Assembly: GCA_015680685.1 (NCBI GenBank)
Contig: MNCI01002560.1
Location: 1 to 64,000, forward strand
Reading direction: 5' to 3'
Length of the DNA: 64,000 nucleotides
From: Gnetum montanum
Lineage: Eukaryota; Plantae; Gnetophyta
Of the stretch, positions 1-12,500 are shown in pieces (position 1 is the first letter of the stretch; each line of letters opens with the position of its first letter). The notes under the pieces were generated by a model that saw only the letters and a list, made by a program, of their open reading frames with translations, did no database searches and was not told the origin of the DNA. A program made the translations under genes and the position numbers.

Positions 1-20
1 ATATATATATATATATATAT
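1..20. repeat. (AT)n microsatellite
   Basis: atatat... run at window start. Confidence 0.9.
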
Positions 21-637
21 AGATATAATAACCATTAATGAAGTATATATAGTGTGAAGCCCTGTTTTAGAAAACTTGCCTTTAATTATCCCAAGTCATA
101 AAATATTATTTTAAAACATTATTATATATAAGTTGCTACCCATAAAAATATTTGCAATATTGATGTCAAAATATTTAAAATATTTATTTGTAATATCACA
201 TTACATTTAATATAAATATTAATGTTAGCATAAATTTCTCCTAATTCTATGTATAACTTCCTAACTCCCTAACTACATAACTTCCTCCTAACTTGTTGGG
301 CAAGTAATCTTCTAATTGGTTAACCCAAGTTACTTGGGAGAGAAGTTAGGTGACATATTTTTGAATATGTAACTTCCCTACCTACCTTTGAACCCTATAA
401 AAAGGCTTCAGGGGTCAAGAAAAAAGGAGGGAAAAAATTGGAATCTTAATTTGAATCTCAATTTTTTGAAGAAGAGGAGGAATTTTGGGAGGTCTCATAA
501 ATCACACTTTTGAGAAGATATTGGGATCACACTTGGGCTCTCATTTGGAGACACACATGGGGTCTTCAGAAGAGCTTTGTAAAGAAGAAATTGTGAACGA
601 TTGCTTGTAAGATGGCTTGCTAGAGTAAAGATTTCAN

Positions 638-1004
638 NNNNNNNNNNNNNNNNNNNNNNNNNNNNNNNNNNNNNNNNNNNNNNNNNNNNNNNNNNNNNNN
701 NNNNNNNNNNNNNNNNNNNNNNNNNNNNNNNNNNNNNNNNNNNNNNNNNNNNNNNNNNNNNNNNNNNNNNNNNNNNNNNNNNNNNNNNNNNNNNNNNNNN
801 NNNNNNNNNNNNNNNNNNNNNNNNNNNNNNNNNNNNNNNNNNNNNNNNNNNNNNNNNNNNNNNNNNNNNNNNNNNNNNNNNNNNNNNNNNNNNNNNNNNN
901 NNNNNNNNNNNNNNNNNNNNNNNNNNNNNNNNNNNNNNNNNNNNNNNNNNNNNNNNNNNNNNNNNNNNNNNNNNNNNNNNNNNNNNNNNNNNNNNNNNNN
1001 NNNN
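638..1004. other. Assembly gap (N run)
   Basis: Ns; further gaps at ~43690-43723, 49099 and ~56793-56849. Confidence 1.
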
Positions 1005-1705
1005 TATTTCCATCGAATCTTACTCTATTTCTAGTTTTCTTGTGGAACTATCTCTTTCTCTGGGGAAAATTAGGAGTAGATTGCGGAGTTGTGCTCAAAT
1101 GTTTTTGCAAAATTTTATTTGTTACAAGTAGGTATTATAACGACCACGTAGACTAGGCAGTTGAACAAAATAAGTCATTTGTAGTTTACACACAATGCAA
1201 TCGTTACATTTCTCACAACCGCACACTGCAACAACACACACACATACTCACATTAACTACTAAGTTTATTTGGAGGTATCTGGGCCTTGGTGTTGCCAGA
1301 GACCAGTAGGCACCTAAATCCTGTTCAAGGACACTCATTGGCGGTCGTGTCCCAAACAGTCGCAACAGAAACCCAAGTTAAGACTTCATTGTAAATGTGA
1401 AGACTGTAATCCACAGTCGAAAATTTCAAATACTTTATACATTTGGGGCTAAAAAATGCCTCATAAGTGGTCAAAACCTTATTCCCAAAGTGAAAATAGT
1501 TACCTAGTGTCTATATTTGGGCTTGGGGTGTCAAAAATGCCATTCAGAATCCCAAAAAAGTAATTTAATGGGTTTTATGGGGGGGGGTCAGGGTATACAC
1601 TTTTCTACATTGGAAACACATGCAAGGGGTAAATCTCACCTACCCCCATGGAAGGATGCAAGTTTTGAAAACATTCTTTCTTCAATGTGCAAACTACATG
1701 CATAG

Positions 1706-3599
1706 TGTAGCGATTGAAAATGTCAATCGCTAGAACACCAAGAGGTTGTTGGGTGAAAATTTTAACCTCAAATCTATGCAAGGGCCATGCTCTAGAGAAA
1801 TGAAAGTGGGGTTCCCTAAATGGTCTAGTCAATCAGATAGGGACTTAATTGGTGTATCTTAACCTTTCGTAAACAATTTTTTCGGGAGCGAGAAACCTGA
1901 TGTAAATTGATGATCAACAAATGTAAAGCAGTGAAAATAGTGCAAAACAACGATGACAATAAGAAAAAAGTAATACAAACTTGGGTGATAAAGTGCACCT
2001 CCCCAAGGTCACGAGTTTGATACTTTGCTTTGCTAAAAGGTGTATAACAGAACATGCAACACAAGAGAGGAACAACTTACACAAAGTAGTATGGTCACAA
2101 ATCTCTGAGTCATGGAGTTAACCAGAAAACTCAAAGCCAACCAGAGTGCTAAAAATTTCCAACTATGCTCTCCAAAAGGCAACTTAAAAGTCAATCAATG
2201 CTAAAAGCTAATATCCAACCCAAAAACCAACTTTTTTTTGCCAACTCCCTGAGCATTTTTTGCCAGGATATTTATAGGGCTAGGAGCAAGAGAAAAACCT
2301 GGTCTAGATGCCATGTGTCTTGGGCCCCACAAGGTGCAAACATGGCTATACTATGTAGGTGTGAGATGTTGGAGGTGAGCCTTGTTACAATCTAACCATA
2401 CTGCTGAAATTGCATGTGCCAAAATCCAATGTGCCAACAATGCAAAAAAAATGGAGCCTATGCTCTAGGAGTATGTCTTACATACTCTTGCAAGCAAGGT
2501 CAAGCATAGGAACAATTTTTCAGGGATTGACCAGGGGTATGCAAGATGAAGCAAACTTGCTGATTTTGTCTACCAAAGAGATATCGGGGCAAAAACAACC
2601 ATTTCCAACAAGTTATGGAGCTAACAAAAGATGTGTTGATGCCTTTATGCCAGTGTTGCACTACTCACTCTATTCAGCACGTTGGCATAGCATAAGTAAC
2701 TTCTTGCTTCACTACATAGGGTAGCATAGCGTAGCCATTGGTTTTAACAAAAAAATTGTGTAGGAGCTGAGAGAATTTGTGTGAGGCTTGGTCAAGGAAA
2801 AAATTGCAACCTTTGTTCTCCATATGCCTAAAATCCTTCATGCTTGCTGAATTCATCTTTGGAACATTTCTATTGCTTTTGCATCATTGCTACACTGTGC
2901 TATGCTATGTAACATAGCATAGTGTAGTAGGCAATGTAACATAGCATAGTGTAGTAGGCAATGTATCATGCTTCCTTGTTCAATCTACCATTTTCTACCA
3001 AGAAACCTTGCTCGAGGCTTGAGGGCTAAGTGGGACAACCAGTTTTGGAGGACAAAGCATTGCCAAGTGCAATCTCCTTGTTGGAGTCACTTGGCAAAAG
3101 GGGGGGGGGGGCCTTTGTGTGCTTTTTCCCTATTACGCTCTGCTACGTTGCATAGCGTAGCACCCTGTGTTGGTGGAGCAAGTTTTCTTGGCGGTTGCAA
3201 CATGAACAAATGCTTTTGAAGACAAACTTATCATCAATTTACATCTTGGATGCTTGATTGATTTCTTTGAGGCTTGCTACACTGCGCAATGTAGTGTAGC
3301 ATAGAAAACTTCTATGCTAGGAAACTTGTTGAATTGTTTTTCTTATCTCAAACATTTTTGACAACTCCTATCATGGTCCTTGAGTAGATTGCTAGCTGGG
3401 TCAATTTCTTGATTGGATAGGCTAGAGAGTCTAGCAGGCCTGTCATCCATGGAGATAGAAAACTTTCCAGACTGTATAGTCTATCCTTGGTGCCTACACC
3501 ATTCTATCAGTGCATCATGACACTACAGTTGTGGAAATCCTTGCCCAAATTCCAAGACTCTACTAAAGCATGAGGGTCATGAAATTTTATGGTGTTTCA
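1706..3599 (-). repeat. Element A 3' LTR
   Basis: tgtagcgattg...ggtgtttca; colinear direct repeat of 18544-20401. Confidence 0.95.
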
Positions 3600-3612
3600 C
3601 TAGCCCCTCTTT
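3600..3612 (-). promoter_or_regulatory. Element A polypurine tract
   Basis: Minus strand AAAGAGGGGCTAG directly before the 3' LTR TG. Confidence 0.85.
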
Positions 3613-4976
3613 GTCGACATTTGGAGGATCTTCCCAATAGACATTGACAAAGAATACGAAACACCACAAAGGATAAGATGCCTACATTTCTCTTCGATGG
3701 TCGCTTAGATGTTTCTTTCGTGTGCTTGGGAGTATCAGGGTAGTCATGGAGGGAAAGAGGGAAAGGATGGAGTTGAGGGGACAGGTTCAAAAAAGGGAAA
3801 GATGTAACATAGTGCGGTCCCTCGTTGAAGTGCTTGTGAGGGAGTTAATGCACATGGGCATCTTTATTTTGTTGGTTTTCAACCTCTCATCGGAATTCTT
3901 AGAGATGGTCATTATAAAATAGCTGATGTGTTATTTTGTTTTGAGCTCTTTTGCTCTTTTACGCTTTTGCACTTTTTCTTTTGCTATTTAACCACATTCA
4001 CTTGAAAAAATAATTATTATTGTAGCATAGGTGTTTCCTCCCTGAGATGAGTTTTTTTACATCCATTTTGGGCTTTGTCCTACCTACAGGTGCTTCCCAT
4101 GCAACAAGCTACATTACCCGCATCATGGACTTTGTGGTTGAGCAAGTGGAAGGGCTTTATATGCATCGAGAAAACTTGTAAAAGAGAGGTAAAAGGGGCT
4201 ACTGTGAGTGTGAGAAATGAGGTGAAGAAGGTTAAGAGGGAGAGTAGGATGTGCACTCCCAAGTAGCCAAGCTAGTCAGAATGGTCACCTCAGAATGATG
4301 TAGTATCTTGTACTCCTTGTTAAACACATCTCTGACCGATGCCATCTCGGTCGATATCCTACAAACACAATAGAAAGTAGACCTGAAAAACATAACCATG
4401 AAATGAGGTGAGGGAAAGATCCCATTTTCTTTAAGTGCTACTAAGGTTTGGAGCATTGTTGTTAAAGCATGTGACGTCCAAACCAAGAAGGCCAATAGTG
4501 GTTCTAGCACTGGCAAACTGAAGGGGTTGGCACAAAGGAGGCTAGGAGTTACAATGATGCGAGTGCTCAGGAGTCCTCGCCCAAGGAAAAAATCATGCAC
4601 TTTAGCTGTAAGCTAAGGAACCTAACATCTGAATATATTTTGAGCTTAGATGATGGCAGGGGCTAGAGGGTAGCAACTTTGTGGCTAGGAAACAATAGTG
4701 TTGGGACTCCAGTAGCAAGCGATGACAACGGAAGCTACTGCCAATGCGATGGGCAGTGGTAGCGGTAGCTCCGAAAGGTCAACAAGATGTCAAACAACAT
4801 CTTTGGAGGATTAGCAAGATGCCAGGGGTAGTGGCATTTCATATGTTCTAGAGGATGTTTTTTTATCATCATGAAATACATTCTAGAACTGCAACATCCC
4901 ACCCAATGTTGGCACTGTGCACGCTCACTTGTTTGTGGGATCATGGATGTGGGCTGAGAGCATTGTGCTGTGAACC

Positions 4977-5245
4977 CAGTTTAAGGTCTTGGTAGACCAT
5001 CATATGTACTAGTTTAAGGTCCCAATAGACTGTAATGTGCTAGTCTAAGGTCCTAGTAGATTGATGTGCTAGTTTATCATTGTAGCAGATGGTGGATGGG
5101 CCAATTTAAGCTCATAGCAAACTGTTTGTGCTAGTTTATCATTGTAGGAGATGATCTGTGCTAGTTTATAGTCATAGCAGACTAGCTGTGCTAGTTGATA
5201 GTCATAGTGGACTATCTATGCCAGTTTATAGTCATAGCATACTAT
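4977..5245. repeat. Tandem array of ~9 x 30-31 bp downstream of the element A integrase
   Basis: Recurrent (c/t)agttta(a/t)(g/a)gtc.tagcagact units. Confidence 0.85.
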
Positions 5246-5267
5246 CTATGCTTACCTTGCCTTTGCA

Positions 5268-8200
5268 TTAGACGTAGTATGACTTGAGGTACAAGTGATT
5301 CATGGGATTTGCAAACTCTTTGCCATCCATGTCTACTAGTTTGAAGAATCCATTCTCATAGGCTTTCATGACTATCAATGGACCTTCCTAGTTTGTTGAG
5401 AACTTGTTTACATGCTTACAAAAACTTTGAGAACTAGGTCCCTTTTTTGATTGGCCATCGATGCAGATTGGAATGATGCTTTTGCCGCTAGTTGTCTTGG
5501 TACCATTTGATATGACCAAGTGTTTGAGCATGCTCCTCCTCTATGAAGTCAAGGTCAATGATCCTTGAATCATTATTCTGGGCCTCATTCATGATACTTG
5601 AAAGGATCATTCCAAGTGATGGTACCTGCAATTCAAGAGGTAACACCACTTTAGATCCGTAGACTAGGCTATAAGGAGTCTTACCTATGGCCATTGTACG
5701 GTAAGCCCACAGCACATAGAGGATTTTCTCGTGCCATCACCTCTTGCTATTGCTAAGCATCTTTTTGAGAAAGTTGATGATGGCCTTGTTTATTGCCTCT
5801 GCTTGTCCATTTTCCTGTGGGTAGTATGACAATGAAAATGATTGCTTAATGCCAATGTTGCTACAAAAGGTTTTGGTTCCTATGCTACTAAAATGTGGCC
5901 TGTTTTCTATCACAATAGTCATGAGAAGACCAAACCTTATTACTATGTTGTCCAAATAAAGTGGCAAACCTATTGAGATGTATTTTTCCAAAGGGGAATA
6001 GCCTCTACCCACTTTATGAAGTACTCGGTGGTAGTGATGATGAAGCTATGTCCTGTGGAAGACTTAGGTGTGATGGGTCCTATGATATTTAGCCCCCATC
6101 ATTGGAATGGCCATGTAATTTATGTAGGTTTCAACTCAATAGCTGAAACATGTATAAGATTTGCATGACATTGGAATGTATCACACGTCCTAACTTTGGC
6201 AAGGCAATCTCTTTCCATGTAAGGCCAGTAATATCCTAGGTGTTTGATTTTTGCTGCCATAGCCCTGGGAGCTATGTGTCCTCCACATAGTCCTTTGTGG
6301 ACTTTGTTAAAAAAAATTTGTGCTTCTTCCCACTAACACAAGTTAGCAATATCCCATCAAAGGAGCGTTTTCATAAGGTATTATCTCCTATAAGGACATA
6401 TTGCCTGGCACACTTTCGAATCGCATCCTTTTGAGAAGATTTCAAGTTGTGTGGGGTTCACCATTTTAAAGGTAGGATTTAACATTAGTGTACCACTCTT
6501 GAGCATTGGTAGCCTTATGGAGACAACATGTACCACTTGAGTGATACGGTCTGTGCATTCCATTATCGAAGTAGGTAAAGTTACAAATAGGTGTGGCGGC
6601 ACATTTAATGCTAACGTGGCTAAGGCATCTACTATAGTGTTTTCATTGCGTGGCACATGTTGGATGTCTATCATTGTGAATTATTTTAGAAAACTCTTGG
6701 AGAATTCACAATAAGATTTTAAATGTGATGCTTTACAGGCATAGACTTTGGTAATTTGATTGACAATGAGTTGGGAATCACCTCGAACTACCAAATGTTG
6801 GATCTTTAATTCTTGTGTTGCTAAAAGGCCCCTAAGAAGTCCTTCATACTCAGCTACATTATTTGTGCTAAGGAATGTAAAATGGTAAGCTAAAGGTCAA
6901 ATGTTCCACAAGGGGAATGTAATGACAGCAGCAGCACTACCACCTCATGTGGTAGAGGCACTGTCGAAAGTGGCTTCGAAGTGTAATGGTATAGTGTTGA
7001 TGCTGTTAACATGTTTGTTTGGGAATTCTAACTCTATGGTTTCCTGATCATCAATGGGTGAGGTTGTGATCTGTGTAGCTATTACTTATCCTTTTGTTGA
7101 TGATTGGGCTACATAGTGTAAATCGAATTTTGCCGTTATAGGTTTCCATCAGGCTATCCTGCTACTCTCGTTTAAGTTGTTCGTGATAGCCCAAAGTACA
7201 TTGCTTTTGCATATAATGTTAACCTTGCTATGGAATAGGTAATGTATCCACTTTTTTAGTGCAAATACTAGGGTGAGAAAATTTCTTTCTACTTCAGTGT
7301 ATTTCACCTCATAACCTATCAATGCATGGCTTAAGTAATATACTAGGATTTCAGAGTCGTCATCTCTCTTCTGACACAACAATGTTGTGATAGACATGTT
7401 CGAAGTGGCAAGGTAGATGTAGAAAGGCTTATCCTTCTATGGTGGGTAAAAAATTTGGAGATGCAAAAGCTCTTTCTTTAAGTTACTAAAGGCTTGTTGA
7501 AACTGTGTCGTCCACTCAAAGTTAACCCCCTTCTTTAACAAGTTTTGCATGGGCTGTAACTTGTTGGTTAACTTTGCTACAAACCTTCTAATAAACTGTA
7601 TTCTACCTTGAAACTTGTGAAATTATTTAAGGTTGGTAGGGGGTGCTAGGTTAATGATGGCCTTAACTTTATCAGGGTCCACTCGTATTCTAGCTTCCGA
7701 TACTACAGACCCTAACATGCATATGATTTTAACTCTAAAAACACATTTCTTTGGATTGAGACACAATTCATGCCTGTGACAATTCCTGAGGGCTACATTT
7801 AGATCGGTGGCATGATCAATAGCTCCCTTAGACTTGATTGCTATGTCATCCACGTAATCGTTCAGTCTCTCTAAGAGGTAGTTGCTGAATATGTACATCA
7901 TGGCTCATTGATAGGTTGCTCTGGTGTTTTTGAGACCAAAGGGCATCATAGTGTAACAAAAGGTTTTCCAAGGGGTCATGAAAGTAGTTGTTAACTAATG
8001 CTATGGATTGATGCATATTTGATTGTAACTTGAGAACCCATCCATGAAGGACAGTAAAGCATGACTAGCCATAGTGTTAATAAGTTGGTCAATGCTTGGT
8101 AATGGGAATTCATATTGAATCGTTGCTTTGTTCAGATCTCAGAAGTCTATAAAAATTCATGTACCTCCCATTTTCTTGGATACTACAATGATATTCAATA

Positions 8201-8715
8201 TCCACTTTGGGTAATCGACCATGCAGATGAAGCCTGCTTGATATAGCTTGGTGATTTCATCACATACGACTAGTGCAATTTCTGGTTTAATTTTTCGACT
8301 GGTTTGATATGCAGGTCTAAGACAATGTTATGTTGTATTAGCCATGGTTCTAAGCCTAGGATGTATTTATAGGACCACTTGAACACTTTAATATTATTTT
8401 GGAGAACCTTAGATACATCCTTTTATATTTGTGAATCTAGGAGGGAGCCAAGTTTTAATGTCTTTACTTCCCTACTAGATGTTGTTATAGGTGCTTTGAT
8501 GAGAGGGTCCTTGGTCACATCCCTGGCCTCTAAGTCTAAGGCTTGGATCAAATGTTCAAGTGAGTCTAGGGATGTTTCCAGGGACACTACAGTGTTATCA
8601 GTAGATGATTTCTAGTCTATTGATTCTGGGTTTAGATGTCTCATAAGCTTTCCATGAGGACCTGTCAAGGTGAAAAGCGAATGTAGATCATCGTGCATAG
8701 CCATTTTTTTCAAAC
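5268..8715 (-). pseudogene. pol: Element A pol block: RT (~8400-7620), RNase H (~7440-7050), archaeal-type RNase H (~6990-6560), integrase (~6370-5268)
   Basis: YVDDIAIKS, LNPKKCVF, YLSHALIGYEVKYTEVE, TNNVAEYEGLL..GDSQLIVNQ, HVPRNENTIVDALA, HKGLCGGH, YYPQENGQAEAINK, LWAYRT..TPYSLVYG; many stops and frameshifts. Confidence 0.93.
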
Positions 8716-8828
8716 CTATCATAATAAGAAAAATCCAAGTTAAGTGATACTTGTTTGTAGCAAAAACATGTAATAAATGTTTGTAATACAACATAAAATA
8801 ATCATCAAAATTTACAAGTTGAAGCTAC

Positions 8829-9235
8829 CAGTTTAAGGTCTTAGTGGACCCCATCGAGACTAGAAACAAATGCTAATATTGCCAGTTTAAGGTCGTAGTA
8901 GATCATAAAATATTATATAATTTGGTTTATGATATAGAATGAGTGATGAGATGTCATATAGGACATGCCAAATTATTGATTAGGTTAAAATATATGCTAG
9001 AATTGCTAGTTTAAGGTCTTTGCGGATCGCTACTAGGTAGAGTCAAAAGCCAAAGCTACTAGTTTAAGGTCTTTGCAAAGTGTTAACAGGTAGATTTTAA
9101 AATCTAAGATTTGCTAGTCTAAGGTCTTTGCAAACCATTAATGGGTAGACTTTGTAAACCAAGATTGCTAGTTTAAGGTCTTAGCGGACCATTAACAAGT
9201 AGACTTTGTAAAGATAGATGGCTAATTTAAGATGG
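8829..9235. repeat. Array of ~6-7 copies (~54-bp spacing) of the agtttaaggtctt(a/t)gcgga motif
   Basis: Copies at ~8829, 8884, 9007, 9060, 9115, 9169, 9223; same core as the 4977-5245 array. Confidence 0.8.
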
Positions 9236-9377
9236 AACAAAATTTTCAGTGAGTCCACCTGTCATGCTGTAGATAATTACTATGCTAAGGTGTTACTATG
9301 ACATAATAGCACTATGCTACAAGGGGTGTCCCACATTAATTGGGTCATAAAAATGACAAGTATTTTACCGTGTTGGC

Positions 9378-9384
9378 TATAAAT
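9378..9384 (+). promoter_or_regulatory. Candidate TATA box of the antisense gene in A
   Basis: ggcTATAAATagg ~150 bp upstream of candidate ATG 9527, followed by a (GA)n tract at ~9464-9482. Confidence 0.55.
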
Positions 9385-9526
9385 AGGGGTTTACCCCCTC
9401 GTAAACTCATCATTTTCATTGTTAGAGCCCAAGGCCCATACCCAGAGCGTAGCATGATTGCACAGAGAGAGAGAGAGAGAGAGCTGGTGTAGTGTAGTAG
9501 TTCTCAGGAAATTTGCAAGAAAGACA

Positions 9527-12500
9527 ATGGCACCCAAGGATGAATGCAAGCACTGAGGACTTGCCAAAGTAGATGAGGTGAAGGACACTCTGGGGCATCT
9601 ATCCTAGGCACACGTTGAAGTGTGAGAGGAGGCTCCATCTAGTCAGTAAGTTGCTATGCTACCCTTGTTTTCTAGAACCTTTTATCATTATTATGGTGAA
9701 ATTTTCGTCTATTACCACTATTTTAGTTTCCTTTTTGGCCACCATGCCATTATTTCCGACCACTGCATGCAACATCACCTTAACCGCCATTGTTAAGAAT
9801 GGCGATTACCTTGTCACAATGGTTTGGGTGACTATGAGTGGCATAGTGCATGTTTGGTGTAGCATACTATCTTTAGGAAGGGTTTAGTCATTCATGAAAT
9901 TTTCTAGGGTGAGGTGTACTTAATCGTAGTGTAGCATGAGTTATTTTGTATGGTAAGATTCTATGCTATTTAAGGCTGCAATTTTCATTTTTTTTTGTTT
10001 TTGGTTACACTTGCTACATGGCTATGTTTTCTATAGGGGTATGTTTGTCATATTTTCATGCATCTGCCTGTGCTTGTTCATTTGCTATCTTGCTACGCTA
10101 TGCGTATCATAGTCGTCACCCTTAAGCGTATATGTAATTGTTACATTGCATACTTGTTATGTTGTGGTGTGTATTGTAAAGTGAAACTAGTGTTGTTACA
10201 CAGTATGGTGCCTAATGGCTATGCTACACTATAAATGCTACTTTTTAACAATGCCTATGATGCTCAACTCTATTTTCTATTAAATAAAATTTGCGACCAG
10301 GAGAACATGCTATGCTACATGCAAAGAGAGGTTACGCTACACTATATGTGAAACAATGACTATGCTATGCTACGTGTAAGCTTCACCTAAACACAATGCT
10401 AACATTTGATGCTTTGTTGTGTAGGATAATGTTGATGCCCATTTTGATTTTTCTTGAGATTGTAGGAGTCCTATGTTGCCTCAGCAAACTGATCACCAAT
10501 GTTCCTCCTCCTCATGCACGTGTGGGGTAGTAGGTGGTCTAGTTCTGGGAGGTTGCACAAGACTTCTTACAGTTCCTCCTCCACTCTTTTAGTATGATCA
10601 TTTTGTCACACTTATTAGTGGAGACAACAACCACAATCACAGAAATGTTGTTGGGAAAAACTGGGGAATTCTGAAATTTTTGACTGATGGGTCAATCGGG
10701 GGTGAGCAGGAAAAAGGCTCCAACTAGTGGCCAAAAGGCTTGAGGAACTTAAGTTGGATCTGGAACATGCCCGAGTATAAATGCTATCATTTGTACAATA
10801 CATTATTCGTTGCCCATTACATGGGCACCTATTTTTAGAACCCACCTGAGATCGTTTACTATGCCGACAGGTGAGTTCTGTGAAGGTATCTCATCATGTT
10901 GTATAAATCATGTTACGCTAGACATAGGTGCTAACAATATATATATATATATATTTGTATTTCTAGGTTTTATGTTAACAGGAATGGTATTCATGGTGAT
11001 ACAGATGCCTTAGTGTTGGCACAAATGGCCTTGCAAGAGTTTTCCTCTACTGGGAATGTACACACTAATGTAAGGCCAATTTGGGGGTGAGTTTAAAACC
11101 TACCCAACTCGATATTTTCAATTTTATAGAAAGTGTAAAGAAGTTGGTTGGTTGGATAAGGAGTGGGCATCCCTAAGGCCACTCATTGTTGAAGATGTCC
11201 TAGTGGATCTCCCACCATTTCCCATGTCATTCAAACCTGGTACACTAAGCTATGAATTCGCTATTGTATGTTTGGGTGGTGATCATTTTTTTTTGCTAAG
11301 TTTTACTTTTTTTTCTTAACTATAACAAGAGTGAGGAAATCCAAAGAGGTCACTATGATCACCTCTAGGTGTAACAAAACTAACCTCTTTTTCAAGTACA
11401 GGGAAGTGGAGGAGACTTAGTGTTGGCCCTGCAATGGGACCCTAGCCATGCTTTTCCATAACCTTATGGACTTATTTTTGGCCATCACCCCAAGTGTCCC
11501 ACCTACCAAAATGCTTTCCCTAGCTGATTCCTTCTCTGAGAAGGCTAACCGCTTCTGTACACGCATTCACAGTGTACGGGTGGTGTTTGAAATCAATGAC
11601 CAACTATTTGCAGATCTTTTTGGTGTCCCTTATGATGGTCTCCCCATAGGAGAAAAAACTAAGAAGGATGAAAACCATCAAGGGAACATTGAGTGGCTAG
11701 GCATGACAAAGGACCAAAAGGGGATATACATCTCAAAGGTTAGGCTATGGGTGGCCAAAACGATTTACCCTCTCTTTCATGCTCATTCCTTCCCCAAGCT
11801 ACTCTCCCAAGGAAAAAACCTTGGGGTTGAGTAGGCTTGGATAATGAGGGACATCATGGAAGAGGGGACTTGCTACAATTAGGCCAAATACTTTTGCAAA
11901 GGCTTGTAGTTTGAAATGGTCAAGCTTTGTATGAAGCTTGAGTCCCATTTCAACGTGTACCATGCCTTCTTTATAGCCTGCCTTCGGCATTTTGCAGAAT
12001 TCTTTGTAGTATATGAGAATGGTGTCTATGTGATACAAGACCACAGTCAGATTTTCAAATTGTGAATTTGCCAAATCTTCCGTACCACATGATCTCAAGA
12101 TCCCCCAGAAGCCATTGGGGAATCATTTTTGATGATGACCAGGGATCAGGTGGCACATGCCTTTCATGCCAAGGACAACGTGGGTGAGGCACCTCCTATT
12201 AACATGGGTAGTGTGACATTGGGAGAGCATCTCATTGCAAAAACAATGGAAACTAGCTTACAATGTAAGAGGTCTCGCCCTGTTCAAGAGACTCCCTGTA
12301 GAAATGAAGAGGGGAGAAAGAAGATACGACTCAAACATTGCAGAGTTTAGCCTTTGATTAGTAAGTGTATTTTATTATTTGGCCAATGTTTACTATACTG
12401 TGCTATGCTAGGTAGCGTTGCACTTTGTGGCATCTGCCTTAAGTTCGTATAATTTACCTATTATGACTATGCTTTATTAGCAGAAGAAGAAGAAGAATAA

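Noticed and set aside
495-1131. Long ORFs in the ORF track
   Set aside because: Artefacts of reading through the N gap.
150-1380. LTR-like sequences at the window start (TATA ~397; possible LTR end gtcgcaaca ~1366)
   Set aside because: Gap-interrupted, with no partner LTR or TSD to define them.
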